A stretch of 64,000 nucleotides of DNA from Candidatus Hydrothermarchaeum profundi (GTDB taxonomy: Archaea > Hydrothermarchaeota > Hydrothermarchaeia > Hydrothermarchaeales > Hydrothermarchaeaceae), in assembly GCA_002011125.2 (NCBI GenBank), contig MTMF02000009.1, forward strand, positions 1,704,989 through 1,768,988, in the 5' to 3' direction. Positions 19,836 through 28,575 of the stretch are shown one piece after another. The number at the start of each line of letters is the position of its first letter. The stretch's first letter is position 1. The notes below the pieces were generated by a model. That model searched no databases. It saw only the letters and a list, made by a program, of their open reading frames with translations, and was not told where the DNA came from. Position numbers and translations under genes: made by a program.

Positions 19836-21884
19836 ATGAAGAAGCTTATAATCGCAGAAAAACCCAAAGTCTCAATGAAAATCGCGCGGTCTATTTCTGA
19901 GAACTATTCTAGGAGAGGGAGTAAAGGAGCATACTACTATGAAGTGAAGGTTAATGGAGACCACGTAATAGTAGCATCTGCTGTAGGCCACCTCTATACC
20001 CTAGTACAAGAAGGTAGCAGATGGGAATACCCTGTCTTCGATGTACGGTGGGCTCCGCTACATATCGTGGACTCCTCCAAATCATATCTTAAAAAATATG
20101 TTAACCTACTCCAAGAGCTATGCAGGGATGCTGAGGTTTTTTATATAGCTACAGATTATGACCTCGAGGGAGAACTCCTCGGTTATAATGCTCTACGATT
20201 TGCATGCCGACCTGGTGATAAAGTAGTCTTAAGAATGAAGTTTTCTACTCTTACGCAGAGAGATCTAAGGGAAGCGTTCCAAAACCCCATAAAAATTGAT
20301 GAAAAGATGGTGGAAGCCGCTGAAGCACGGCATAAAATGGACTGGTTCTGGGGAATAAACGTATCGAGGGCCCTTAGCCTTGCAGGGAGGGTAGTAAAAA
20401 AGAAATTTAATACATTATCAGCTGGCAGAGTTCAGACCCCCGCACTAGCAATACTAGTTGCTAGGGAGAGAGAGATCAAGGACTTTAAATCCAAGCCTTT
20501 CTGGGAAGTTTTAGCTGACTTAGATGTAAAAGGCGAAAAAATTACAGCGCACTACATTGGTGGGAGAGTTTTTGAAGAAGATAAGGCCAAGAAAATCATT
20601 AAAAACTCTAGGTCAGACGAGGCAGAGCTGAAATCCCTGGAGAAAAAGAAGAGTAAGAAACTACCGCTGGTTCCTTTCGATCTTGGTGGATTGCAATCAG
20701 AGGCCTATCGGGTATTCGGCTATAATCCAAAAAGGACGCAGGATATGGCTCAAAGTCTATATGAGAGTGGCTATATCTCATATCCTAGAACATCATCTCA
20801 GAAACTGCCCTACACTATTGGATTTAAAAGTATACTCTTAAACCTACGCAATAATAGGGAGTTTCAGCCAACTGTTGACATGATTCTATCTAGAGAAAAG
20901 CTGCGTCCTATCCAAGGGAAAAAAGATGACCCCGCTCATCCTGCTATTTACCCCACGGGTGTTTTACCTGAGAAAATAAGTCCTGCCGAAGAAAAACTAT
21001 ACAAGCTGATTGTCTACCGTTTCATCGCTGCCTTTGGAGATCCATTAATACAAGAATGCACTAGGGGAGTATGTGAGATTGGCTTAGAAAAATACGTGTT
21101 TGAGGGCTCTAGGATTATTGATGCAGGTTGGACTAAACTCTACCCCTATGTGAAGATCGGTGAAAAGACCCTACCAGAATTGAAAGTAGGTGACTACTTA
21201 AAAGTTCTAAAAGTATACTCTAAGAAAGGCGAAACTAAGCCTCCTCCTATGTATAATCCTGCATCATTGATTAGGGAGCTTGAAAGCAGGGGACTAGGTA
21301 CAAAAGCTACTAGGGCGGAAATAGTTGATACTCTCTACAAGAGAGGATATATCCGCGGTAGAAATACTATACGGGTGACGGAACTTGGATATTCTGTTAT
21401 TGAAGCGCTTCAAGAATATGTGCCTGCCATTATAAGCGAGGAGCTTACCAGAAAGTTTGAGGAAAAGCTTGAAAACATAAGAGCTGGAAAGGAAAGTCAA
21501 GAGCACGTACTAGAGGAGGCTAAGCGAGAGCTTACAAGGATACTAAACGAGTTTAAAATGAAGGAGAAACTAGTTGGCGAGAAACTAGTTAAGGCAATGG
21601 AAGAAAAAGAAAAAAGGGAAGGCTCGGTTGGAACCTGTCCTAATTGCGGATCTCCTTTAAAAATAATTCGTTCAAGAAAGACAAAGAAAATATTTATCGG
21701 ATGTAGTAACTATCCAAGATGTTCAACTTCTTTCCCTCTACCGCAAAAGACTGGCATCAGAACAACAGACAAGAAATGCAAGTACTGCGGACTTCCAATG
21801 GTAAGTATTCCTATGGGTAAGAGAAGGTTATTAAGTTGCATCGATATGAAATGTGAATCAAAGACGAAGTTTAAAAAGAATTAA
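19836..21884 (+). CDS. topA: type IA DNA topoisomerase with C-terminal zinc ribbons
   Basis: IIAEKP, DYDLEGE, SAGRVQTP, ISYPRT, GLGTKATR, CPNC/CKYC; ATG at 19836 preferred. Confidence 0.95.
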   Translation: MKKLIIAEKPKVSMKIARSISENYSRRGSKGAYYYEVKVNGDHVIVASAVGHLYTLVQEGSRWEYPVFDVRWAPLHIVDSSKSYLKKYVNLLQELCRDAEVFYIATDYDLEGELLGYNALRFACRPGDKVVLRMKFSTLTQRDLREAFQNPIKIDEKMVEAAEARHKMDWFWGINVSRALSLAGRVVKKKFNTLSAGRVQTPALAILVAREREIKDFKSKPFWEVLADLDVKGEKITAHYIGGRVFEEDKAKKIIKNSRSDEAELKSLEKKKSKKLPLVPFDLGGLQSEAYRVFGYNPKRTQDMAQSLYESGYISYPRTSSQKLPYTIGFKSILLNLRNNREFQPTVDMILSREKLRPIQGKKDDPAHPAIYPTGVLPEKISPAEEKLYKLIVYRFIAAFGDPLIQECTRGVCEIGLEKYVFEGSRIIDAGWTKLYPYVKIGEKTLPELKVGDYLKVLKVYSKKGETKPPPMYNPASLIRELESRGLGTKATRAEIVDTLYKRGYIRGRNTIRVTELGYSVIEALQEYVPAIISEELTRKFEEKLENIRAGKESQEHVLEEAKRELTRILNEFKMKEKLVGEKLVKAMEEKEKREGSVGTCPNCGSPLKIIRSRKTKKIFIGCSNYPRCSTSFPLPQKTGIRTTDKKCKYCGLPMVSIPMGKRRLLSCIDMKCESKTKFKKN

Positions 21885-22005
21885 TTTATTACCAGGGAGT
21901 ATAGACGTATTATCTGGAGTTTTAAAAAGAAACAATAAGATTAGAGTTTAACAAGAAAAGAGAACGTCAATTAAGTAAAAATTTCCTATTCTCATTCCTT
22001 TCTTT

Positions 22006-22521
22006 TTATACCTTAAAAATTCCTCTAAATTTATTTTGAAAATATAGGAATAGGGGGAGTTCTAAGGCGCAGATCGGGCCTCTAATGATAATCCAGTCTC
22101 CTATTCTCAAGTCTACTAAACCTGGTAGGATTAAATACCTATGACCTATTCTCTTCTTAAGTTCTGCTTCATTTATAACTTCAAGTAGAGATTCCTCGGT
22201 AAACTTACCAGTAGCGACTGCATTATCAACGGAATATCCTTCTGTATTTATCGAAAGAAGATAACAGTTGATGCCAGAAGAAGCTAATATCTCAGCGAGT
22301 AGGGCTTGTGTATACAGATAGTTTCCAGTTACTATCACAGGCGAATTTCTCTTAGGATTATTTATTTCGAAGAGCCCTGTCTTTACCGGTATAGCATTCT
22401 GCACAGTAGGAACTGGTGGGGGATGTTCTTTTATAATATTAAGACAGGTTATATGGCATCCCTTAGATATGGATTGGTACTTGTCGATACCGAATTCCTG
22501 CAGATAAAGGTCTACACTCAT
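22006..22521 (-). CDS. stand-alone corrinoid-binding-like domain (CdhD/AcsC family)
   Basis: GLFEINNP..NSPVIVTGNY..T, NTEGYSV..A...GKFT, HR.LILPG, RGP..A.ELP. Confidence 0.75.
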   Translation of the reverse strand: MSVDLYLQEFGIDKYQSISKGCHITCLNIIKEHPPPVPTVQNAIPVKTGLFEINNPKRNSPVIVTGNYLYTQALLAEILASSGINCYLLSINTEGYSVDNAVATGKFTEESLLEVINEAELKKRIGHRYLILPGLVDLRIGDWIIIRGPICALELPLFLYFQNKFRGIFKV

Positions 22522-22566
22522 TTTGTTGCCACAAATATTTTTAGGTCTTTAATTCAAGTTATAATA

Positions 22567-23313
22567 ATGACTCAATTAACTTTAATTTTACTTAGCGTCT
22601 TAGCTGTTAGCTTAATATCCCTCGTAGGAGTTTTCACATTATTAGTAAAAGAGAGGTTTATGGAAAGAGTCCTGTTTATACTTATAGCCGGGGCAACAGG
22701 GACCTTACTAGGCGCGGCATTTCTTGACCTAATTCCCGAAGCAATGAACGAAAGCGGCAGTAATGCTATGACTCATGTCCTATTTGGGCTTCTTTCTTTT
22801 TTCATATTGGAGAGATTTATATTCTGGCGCCATTGTCATGAAGAGAAATGCGAGATCCATGCCTTCACATACTTGAACCTTATCGGCGATGCAATACATA
22901 ACTTCTTAGACGGTATGGTAATAGCTGCCGCCTACCTATCAAGCGGGAGCGACATTTCCCTAGGGCTGATAACTACTATAGCGATAATCTCTCATGAGAT
23001 ACCCCAAGAGATAGGTGACTTCGGGATCCTAGTCTATGGAGGCTTAAGTAAATATCGAGCTCTACTTTTTAACTTCCTCTCAGCTCTAACCTCCTTTATA
23101 GGTGCTATATTATTCTACTTCTTCTCCCCTCTCTTTGAGGGGAGTACTTCACTCTTATTGGGATTTGCTGCGGGGGGATTTATTTATATCGCGGCAGTCG
23201 ATTTACTACCGGAACTTAATAAAGAGTTAGAAATCCGGAGATCCGCAATACAGCTAGCCTTCCTCACTGCAGGCATATTTGCAATATGGTTCACTATAAG
23301 AATCTTCGAATAA
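22567..23313 (+). CDS. ZIP-family metal transporter
   Basis: HCHEE..H loop, DAIHNFLDG, HEIPQEIGD; probable start ATG 22567. Confidence 0.92.
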   Translation: MTQLTLILLSVLAVSLISLVGVFTLLVKERFMERVLFILIAGATGTLLGAAFLDLIPEAMNESGSNAMTHVLFGLLSFFILERFIFWRHCHEEKCEIHAFTYLNLIGDAIHNFLDGMVIAAAYLSSGSDISLGLITTIAIISHEIPQEIGDFGILVYGGLSKYRALLFNFLSALTSFIGAILFYFFSPLFEGSTSLLLGFAAGGFIYIAAVDLLPELNKELEIRRSAIQLAFLTAGIFAIWFTIRIFE

Positions 23314-23451
23314 TTACCATTTCCCTCTACCACAGGAGAGACATACTCCCTTTTCGTGATTGTAGTGCAACTGGCATACCTGCCTACCACACAACTGGCA
23401 TGTGTATACTGCGCCTGCTTTACCGCAGACATTGCATATACCTGTGATCAT
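23314..23451 (-). CDS. 45-aa zinc-finger protein; not in ORF track
   Basis: MITGICNVCGKAGAVYTCQLCGRQVCQLHYNHEKGVCLSCGRGKW with CxxC, CxxC, CxxH, CxxC; stop abuts the ZIP stop. Confidence 0.8.
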   Translation of the reverse strand: MITGICNVCGKAGAVYTCQLCGRQVCQLHYNHEKGVCLSCGRGKW

Positions 23452-23572
23452 AAAAAACACCTTTTTAAAGTCATAGATATTTAACTTCTAATATCGTTTG
23501 CGCACCTTTTAATCACTTGAATATAATACCCTGCCTAGTCAATATTTTTCCATTCCTCACCATAAGGAGGAG

Positions 23573-23899
23573 CTAAGCTTTATTTTTCCCGAGAAAAGTG
23601 TTTATAATTTTTATAAGATCCAAAAAAAGACACGAAGAAACATTTGCTCTTGCATATTTCGCGATCCACCTAAGTAACACGCTTCCAAAAAACTGGCCCA
23701 AAAAAAAGGACCCTATCAACACGGGAAAAGTTATAAAATGCCACCCTATCCCAGTAAAGATACGGAGAGCAATCACTATTGGTACAGGGATATGAACCGA
23801 CAAAAACCAATCGCGTGAAAATTTTTTCGTATTAGCTCTCCAGTAGCCAAAAGGCACATTCACAATGAAAACGATGCCCGATAAAGCTATCAGGTTCAT
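23573..23899 (-). CDS. conserved small membrane protein
   Basis: NVPFGYWR..KKFS..WF..VH.P.P pattern, 3 TM. Confidence 0.7.
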   Translation of the reverse strand: MNLIALSGIVFIVNVPFGYWRANTKKFSRDWFLSVHIPVPIVIALRIFTGIGWHFITFPVLIGSFFLGQFFGSVLLRWIAKYARANVSSCLFLDLIKIINTFLGKNKA

Positions 23900-23971
23900 A
23901 TTACCACCTTTAAACTATTTTTGATTATATAAATTTAAAGGGAACCGATATATGTCTTTTTTCTACCTTTC

Positions 23972-25189
23972 TTATGACTTTAAGATACCCCATTGTTCTA
24001 TTGCTGCTTTAAGTTCTGCATGTTCCTCAGCATATTCTAACAGCGAGATCCCCTGCAAGGTGGCATCTAGAGCCTGCCTCATAGCTTTCGCACCGGCAGT
24101 GGCTCCATCCCTGTGCCCAAATATCCCGCCTCCCGCAAGTATCAAGGCATCTTCTCCCAGATGTTTAACATTCTCAGGTACCTTACCCGGATGCTGCCCT
24201 CCTGACGAAACAGGTAAGGCGGGAGTTATATGATAAAAGTCCTCTCGTAGGACTCTCACTGACTCCATCACTACATCTAAGTCTTCATATAGTTTCCCAT
24301 GGATCGCCCCTGCGTGCACTTGATCACCTCCGCATAATCTAGCAAGCTTAGAGACTATTCTAGTATGTATACCATGATACTCACTTCTTGTGAAGGCGGC
24401 AAACATGTCGCGGTGGCAATGTACAGGCACATTTACGCTTGGGTCTTCACATAGCATCCGTAGAGCAGAAAATCCTGCTGTAATAAAGTTAAGCATAAGG
24501 CAGTTAGCTCCATGTTCTAATGCGACATCTGCGTTTTCCATTATTTTATCAACCTCATCAGTTACGTTGGTAGCGAAAAGAGTTTTCTCTCCCTTCTCCT
24601 CATTAGCCCTATCCAAAGCCTCCATAGTTTCCGTGACCCTCTCCTCAATCGGCGAGTACTGCGGGTTAGCAATAAGTTCATCATCCTTAATGAAATCAAC
24701 TCCACCAACAGCTGCCTGATAACATGCCTCTGCAAATTGCTTAGGCTCAAGTCCAACGCAGGGTTTCACTATGCAACCTATAAGCGGCCTTTCTTTCACA
24801 CCTAATACCTTTTTTGTGCCTTTGATCCCGAACTTCGGGCCCTTGAAATTCTTCACATAACTCTCTGGGAACTCTAAGTCAAGGAGTTTTATATTTTTGA
24901 AATCCTTCATCTCAAAAAGATTACCAGCTACAGTGGTGAGTAGCATAGGCACCACAGGACCAAAGTTTCCATGAGGAAATGCTATCTTTACTATTTTATC
25001 CTTAGCTTCTAACACTTTAGCGCTATATTTTTCGATCAGATCATCGGTTTCAAATCCAACTCTTATCCAAGTCCCGGTGCTTTGTTCCCCTGCAAGGGCC
25101 TCTGCAGCTTTTCTCAAATCTAGATCTGTATCTAGATAATATGTTGCTACAACGTGCTTCTCAAAATCTATATCCTTCGCCTCTCTCAT
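23972..25189 (-). CDS. RuBisCO-like protein (form IV)
   Basis: EQSTGTW, GPKFG, VKPCVG, IKDDE, HCHR, HGKL, SSGG, AGGG. Confidence 0.9.
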   Translation of the reverse strand: MREAKDIDFEKHVVATYYLDTDLDLRKAAEALAGEQSTGTWIRVGFETDDLIEKYSAKVLEAKDKIVKIAFPHGNFGPVVPMLLTTVAGNLFEMKDFKNIKLLDLEFPESYVKNFKGPKFGIKGTKKVLGVKERPLIGCIVKPCVGLEPKQFAEACYQAAVGGVDFIKDDELIANPQYSPIEERVTETMEALDRANEEKGEKTLFATNVTDEVDKIMENADVALEHGANCLMLNFITAGFSALRMLCEDPSVNVPVHCHRDMFAAFTRSEYHGIHTRIVSKLARLCGGDQVHAGAIHGKLYEDLDVVMESVRVLREDFYHITPALPVSSGGQHPGKVPENVKHLGEDALILAGGGIFGHRDGATAGAKAMRQALDATLQGISLLEYAEEHAELKAAIEQWGILKS

Positions 25190-25193
25190 ATCA

Positions 25194-26288
25194 TTACCTC
25201 ATTTGCATTTCTACTATGCTTGAAATATCGAGTACTTTTAATCCTTTTCCTTGTTTTTTTAAATGAAGATAACAGAAGGGGCATGCACTGGATAATATAT
25301 CCGCCTCCGTACTCTTAGCGTCTTTGATCCTATTATCGCAAATGCTTAGAGCAAGGTCTTTAAATCCGGCCGCCATCCCACCTCCAGCTCCGCAGCATCG
25401 AGCATTTTTTCTGGTTCTCTCCATCTCCACGAGGTCAACCCCAGGTATAGATGCTAATATCCTCCTTGGTTCTTCGTAGACATTCATATGTCTGCCTAAG
25501 TGACATGGATCATGGTAGGTTATCCTAGCATCTAGATTATTAAACTTGATTGTGCCTTCTTCGATAAGCTCCGAAAGAAAATGAACTAGGTGAACGACCT
25601 TCACTCCCTCTTTTTCTATCTGATACTCGGAGATGAAGGTTTTGTAGCATCCAGCACACGATAGAAGCAGAGTTTCTACGCCTTGAAGAGCCTCAATATT
25701 CTTTTCTACTAGCTTTTCTCTCTCCTCTTTCCTACCTATCCTAAACAATACTGAGCCACAACAAAAATCTTGTAGAATCCTATAATCTTGCCCTATTTTA
25801 TCCAAAATATTCTTGGTGCTTCTAGCTATCTCAGGCGTACGAAAGTTTGTTGTACATCCAGGAAAATACGCAAAAGAGGAATCTCCTATACTTTTGAGCA
25901 TTTCTTCCCCATAGGGATTACCTTTTTCAAGAAAGTTGTCTGTAATCCTATCGAAAGCAGGACTGGAGAAATTCTTATAGAGATATACCCTTGCATCTTG
26001 TATTATCCTATCAACTTCTACTCCTGCTGGACATTCCTCATAACAATTCTTGCAGATAGTACATTGAAATATCCTTTTTACAGCTCCCTCCGTCGGCTCT
26101 AGTTTTCCTTCTATCATCCCTTCTAGAATCGCTAGTTTTCCTCGTGTTACAAGGGACTCTATCTTAGTTACTTCAAAGACAGGGCAAACTGCACGGCAGA
26201 AACCGCACCGCATGCACCGTTTTATATACTCTCCCAAGTTTTTCAGATTATTTTCCCGAAAGGTATCTCTTAGCCTCATTGATTTCAT
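25194..26288 (-). CDS. GlcF/HdrD-like Fe-S oxidoreductase (2x4Fe-4S plus CCG domains)
   Basis: CMRCGFCRAVCP, CTICKNC..CP, CCG, YHDPCHLGR, CCGAGGG, ACPFC. Confidence 0.88.
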   Translation of the reverse strand: MKSMRLRDTFRENNLKNLGEYIKRCMRCGFCRAVCPVFEVTKIESLVTRGKLAILEGMIEGKLEPTEGAVKRIFQCTICKNCYEECPAGVEVDRIIQDARVYLYKNFSSPAFDRITDNFLEKGNPYGEEMLKSIGDSSFAYFPGCTTNFRTPEIARSTKNILDKIGQDYRILQDFCCGSVLFRIGRKEEREKLVEKNIEALQGVETLLLSCAGCYKTFISEYQIEKEGVKVVHLVHFLSELIEEGTIKFNNLDARITYHDPCHLGRHMNVYEEPRRILASIPGVDLVEMERTRKNARCCGAGGGMAAGFKDLALSICDNRIKDAKSTEADILSSACPFCYLHLKKQGKGLKVLDISSIVEMQMR

Positions 26289-28575
26289 CCTTTTTTCCTA
26301 TTATGAGGAGAGTATCTCCCTCTTTAATAACGTTTTGAGGCTTCGGATTCTTTATAATCTCTTCGCCTCTCTCAATGGCTATTATCGTAACTCCAGTAAG
26401 GGTTCTTATGCGGCTTTCTCCAAGGGTTTTACCAACGATGGGAGACTCACTTGTAACTCTTAGCCTAGCCAAGCTAATATCTCTCTCATCCTTCGGGGCT
26501 TTTGCAATTGATAGATATTTTCTAGCACTCTTTCTTTCCTCTTCTGTGCCTATTATAAGTAGGGTATCCCCCTCTAATAGTATTTCTGAGGGCTTTGGAT
26601 TTCTTATTTTCCTCGAACCTCTTTCAATTTCTACAATCGTTGCCCCTGTCACAGCAGCTAACTTTGACTCTGCAATGGTTTTACCTGCAACTACAGAACC
26701 TACCGGTATCTCAACTTCTTCAAAGTCGAAATCTCTCTCTACCTCTAAATTTTCGATTATCGAATCTATGTCTTCTGAAGCCTCTTCTCCGACTTGCAAT
26801 GTTTCTCTTATTGCTTCATGTAGCTTAGCGTGAAATCCACCCATAATCCTCCAGAAAAAAATGCCTGAAAGAACTATAAAGAAAAGCACGCTCAGCTCTA
26901 GTATAATCCCAACCCCAACTGCTTCTGAAATTAATATGGGTAGAATAGTGAAGGTGAAAGTAATGAAAAGTGCGACATAAACAGCGCTTCTAATGGTATC
27001 TTTTATCGCCTTATATTCAAGGAATTTAACCTTAGATACCGCTATAGATATAGAGAGATCAATAAGTGCTTGTATATCCCTAATTATAAAGTAAAGTGAC
27101 GGAGAAACTAAAAATAAACCTGTGAGTATAATAATAAAATTTGGATTAAACCATGGTGGCGGTGTAACTCCTATAGCGTTAAACATAGCTGACGCCAATG
27201 CATCTAATGTTTTTAAAGCATAAAATTTAAGCAACACTACTGCTTGATAAACGATGAGAATGATAACTAGATTCACTCCTATGTCCCTGAAGTGTTTTTT
27301 CACCTCATTTTTTGCATCTTCATCTAGCTTCAACTGCCCACCTATTATGCCCGCAAAGGTACTTGAGTATTTGAAGAAGCTTTTTACACGTATTGGGGTT
27401 ATCCTTCCCAAAGTATCTGTCAATCGGGGAGCAAAGGGGAGGGATATAGAACCTGCCAGAGTTGTGATTAATACGAGGGCAATAGTAACTACATAAAAAT
27501 CAGGCCCAAGAGTTCCATTATCAACTCCGACTTTCGCGATTATAAGCGAGAACTCACCACGCGGAATCATGCCTAATCCGGCAGTCAAAGCGGTTATGCC
27601 CTTATATCCAACGTAGTATGATCCTAAGCTAATACACGCAATTTTTCCAAGAACTGCGATAAAGGATATTAATAAGATCGCAGGTAAATAGTTTTTCAAG
27701 ATAAATACGTCCACTAGCATTCCCACGCTTACAAAGAAAATACTAGCGAATATGTCTCTTACTGGGCCTGTTATAATTTCAACTTCATTTGAATGCTTTG
27801 AACCTGATATAACAACTCCCATCATAAAAGCTCCTAATGCCACGGAAAAGCCCAGAATATCTGAAAATGACGCTAACGCAAAGCATAGCCCCAACGTTGT
27901 AAGTAGGAGTAGCTCCCTTCCTCCAGTCTCTTTCACCTTATCAATAAATGAGGGTACAAATTTCAAGCCTAGCAGTAGAGTAACCAAGAAAAAAACCACC
28001 ACCCGGGATAAAACCAATAATGCATCACGTATCAGGGTCTCTCCAACCATGGTTATACTACTAAGAATAGTAATCATTACAATAGCCCCAATATCCTCTA
28101 CTAACAGGATGCCCAAAATAAGCAAACTATAAGTTCTCCTGAGGACCTTCATATCCATTAAAATCTTTAATATAGCTGCGGTACTGCTGAATGCGATGAT
28201 AGCTCCTAAAAAAATGGACTCAGTATATGACCAGCCGAGTATCCTTCCAAGGGCATTACCAATTGCCAGTAAAAGAAGGATCTCAAAAGCCCCTATTAGT
28301 ATAGCATGAACCCCTATCCTCCTTAATTTTTCAATATTAAGCTTTAAACCAATACTATACATTAATAATATAATCCCTAACTCAGCAAGTACATTTATGG
28401 TCTCAGAACTCGAGACTAGTCTAAACATATAAGGCCCAATTAGCACCCCTGTAAGTATATATCCGAAAACTACTGGTTGACGAATACGGTTGAATACAAA
28501 AGCTGACAGGAAAGCAAATACCAATATTATCGCAAAATCGTATACAAAACTAGCAAACATTCCCCTGTCCCTCAA
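26248..28575 (-). CDS. CPA2 cation:proton antiporter with two TrkA-C domains
   Basis: ILLVEDI, LGAF..G, FFVSVG, PRGEFS; two G.T..E.......TG.TI..IERG....NP.P......GDTLLIIG repeats. Confidence 0.9.
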   Translation of the reverse strand: MRDRGMFASFVYDFAIILVFAFLSAFVFNRIRQPVVFGYILTGVLIGPYMFRLVSSSETINVLAELGIILLMYSIGLKLNIEKLRRIGVHAILIGAFEILLLLAIGNALGRILGWSYTESIFLGAIIAFSSTAAILKILMDMKVLRRTYSLLILGILLVEDIGAIVMITILSSITMVGETLIRDALLVLSRVVVFFLVTLLLGLKFVPSFIDKVKETGGRELLLLTTLGLCFALASFSDILGFSVALGAFMMGVVISGSKHSNEVEIITGPVRDIFASIFFVSVGMLVDVFILKNYLPAILLISFIAVLGKIACISLGSYYVGYKGITALTAGLGMIPRGEFSLIIAKVGVDNGTLGPDFYVVTIALVLITTLAGSISLPFAPRLTDTLGRITPIRVKSFFKYSSTFAGIIGGQLKLDEDAKNEVKKHFRDIGVNLVIILIVYQAVVLLKFYALKTLDALASAMFNAIGVTPPPWFNPNFIIILTGLFLVSPSLYFIIRDIQALIDLSISIAVSKVKFLEYKAIKDTIRSAVYVALFITFTFTILPILISEAVGVGIILELSVLFFIVLSGIFFWRIMGGFHAKLHEAIRETLQVGEEASEDIDSIIENLEVERDFDFEEVEIPVGSVVAGKTIAESKLAAVTGATIVEIERGSRKIRNPKPSEILLEGDTLLIIGTEEERKSARKYLSIAKAPKDERDISLARLRVTSESPIVGKTLGESRIRTLTGVTIIAIERGEEIIKNPKPQNVIKEGDTLLIIGKKDEINEAKRYLSGK

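Noticed and set aside
22006-22521. HgcA mercury methylase
   Set aside because: No NVWCAAGK cap helix, no TM domain and no hgcB.
22306-22566. N-terminal extension of the ZIP ORF in the track
   Set aside because: It overlaps the opposite-strand corrinoid-domain gene; ZIP homology starts at ATG 22567.
23184-23432. 82-aa minus-strand ORF in the track
   Set aside because: Wrong frame; the Cys-patterned 45-aa ORF at 23314-23451 explains the region.
23972-25189. Bona fide form III RuBisCO
   Set aside because: K177 is replaced by Cys and T173 by Ile, and no AMP phosphorylase or R15P isomerase lies nearby.
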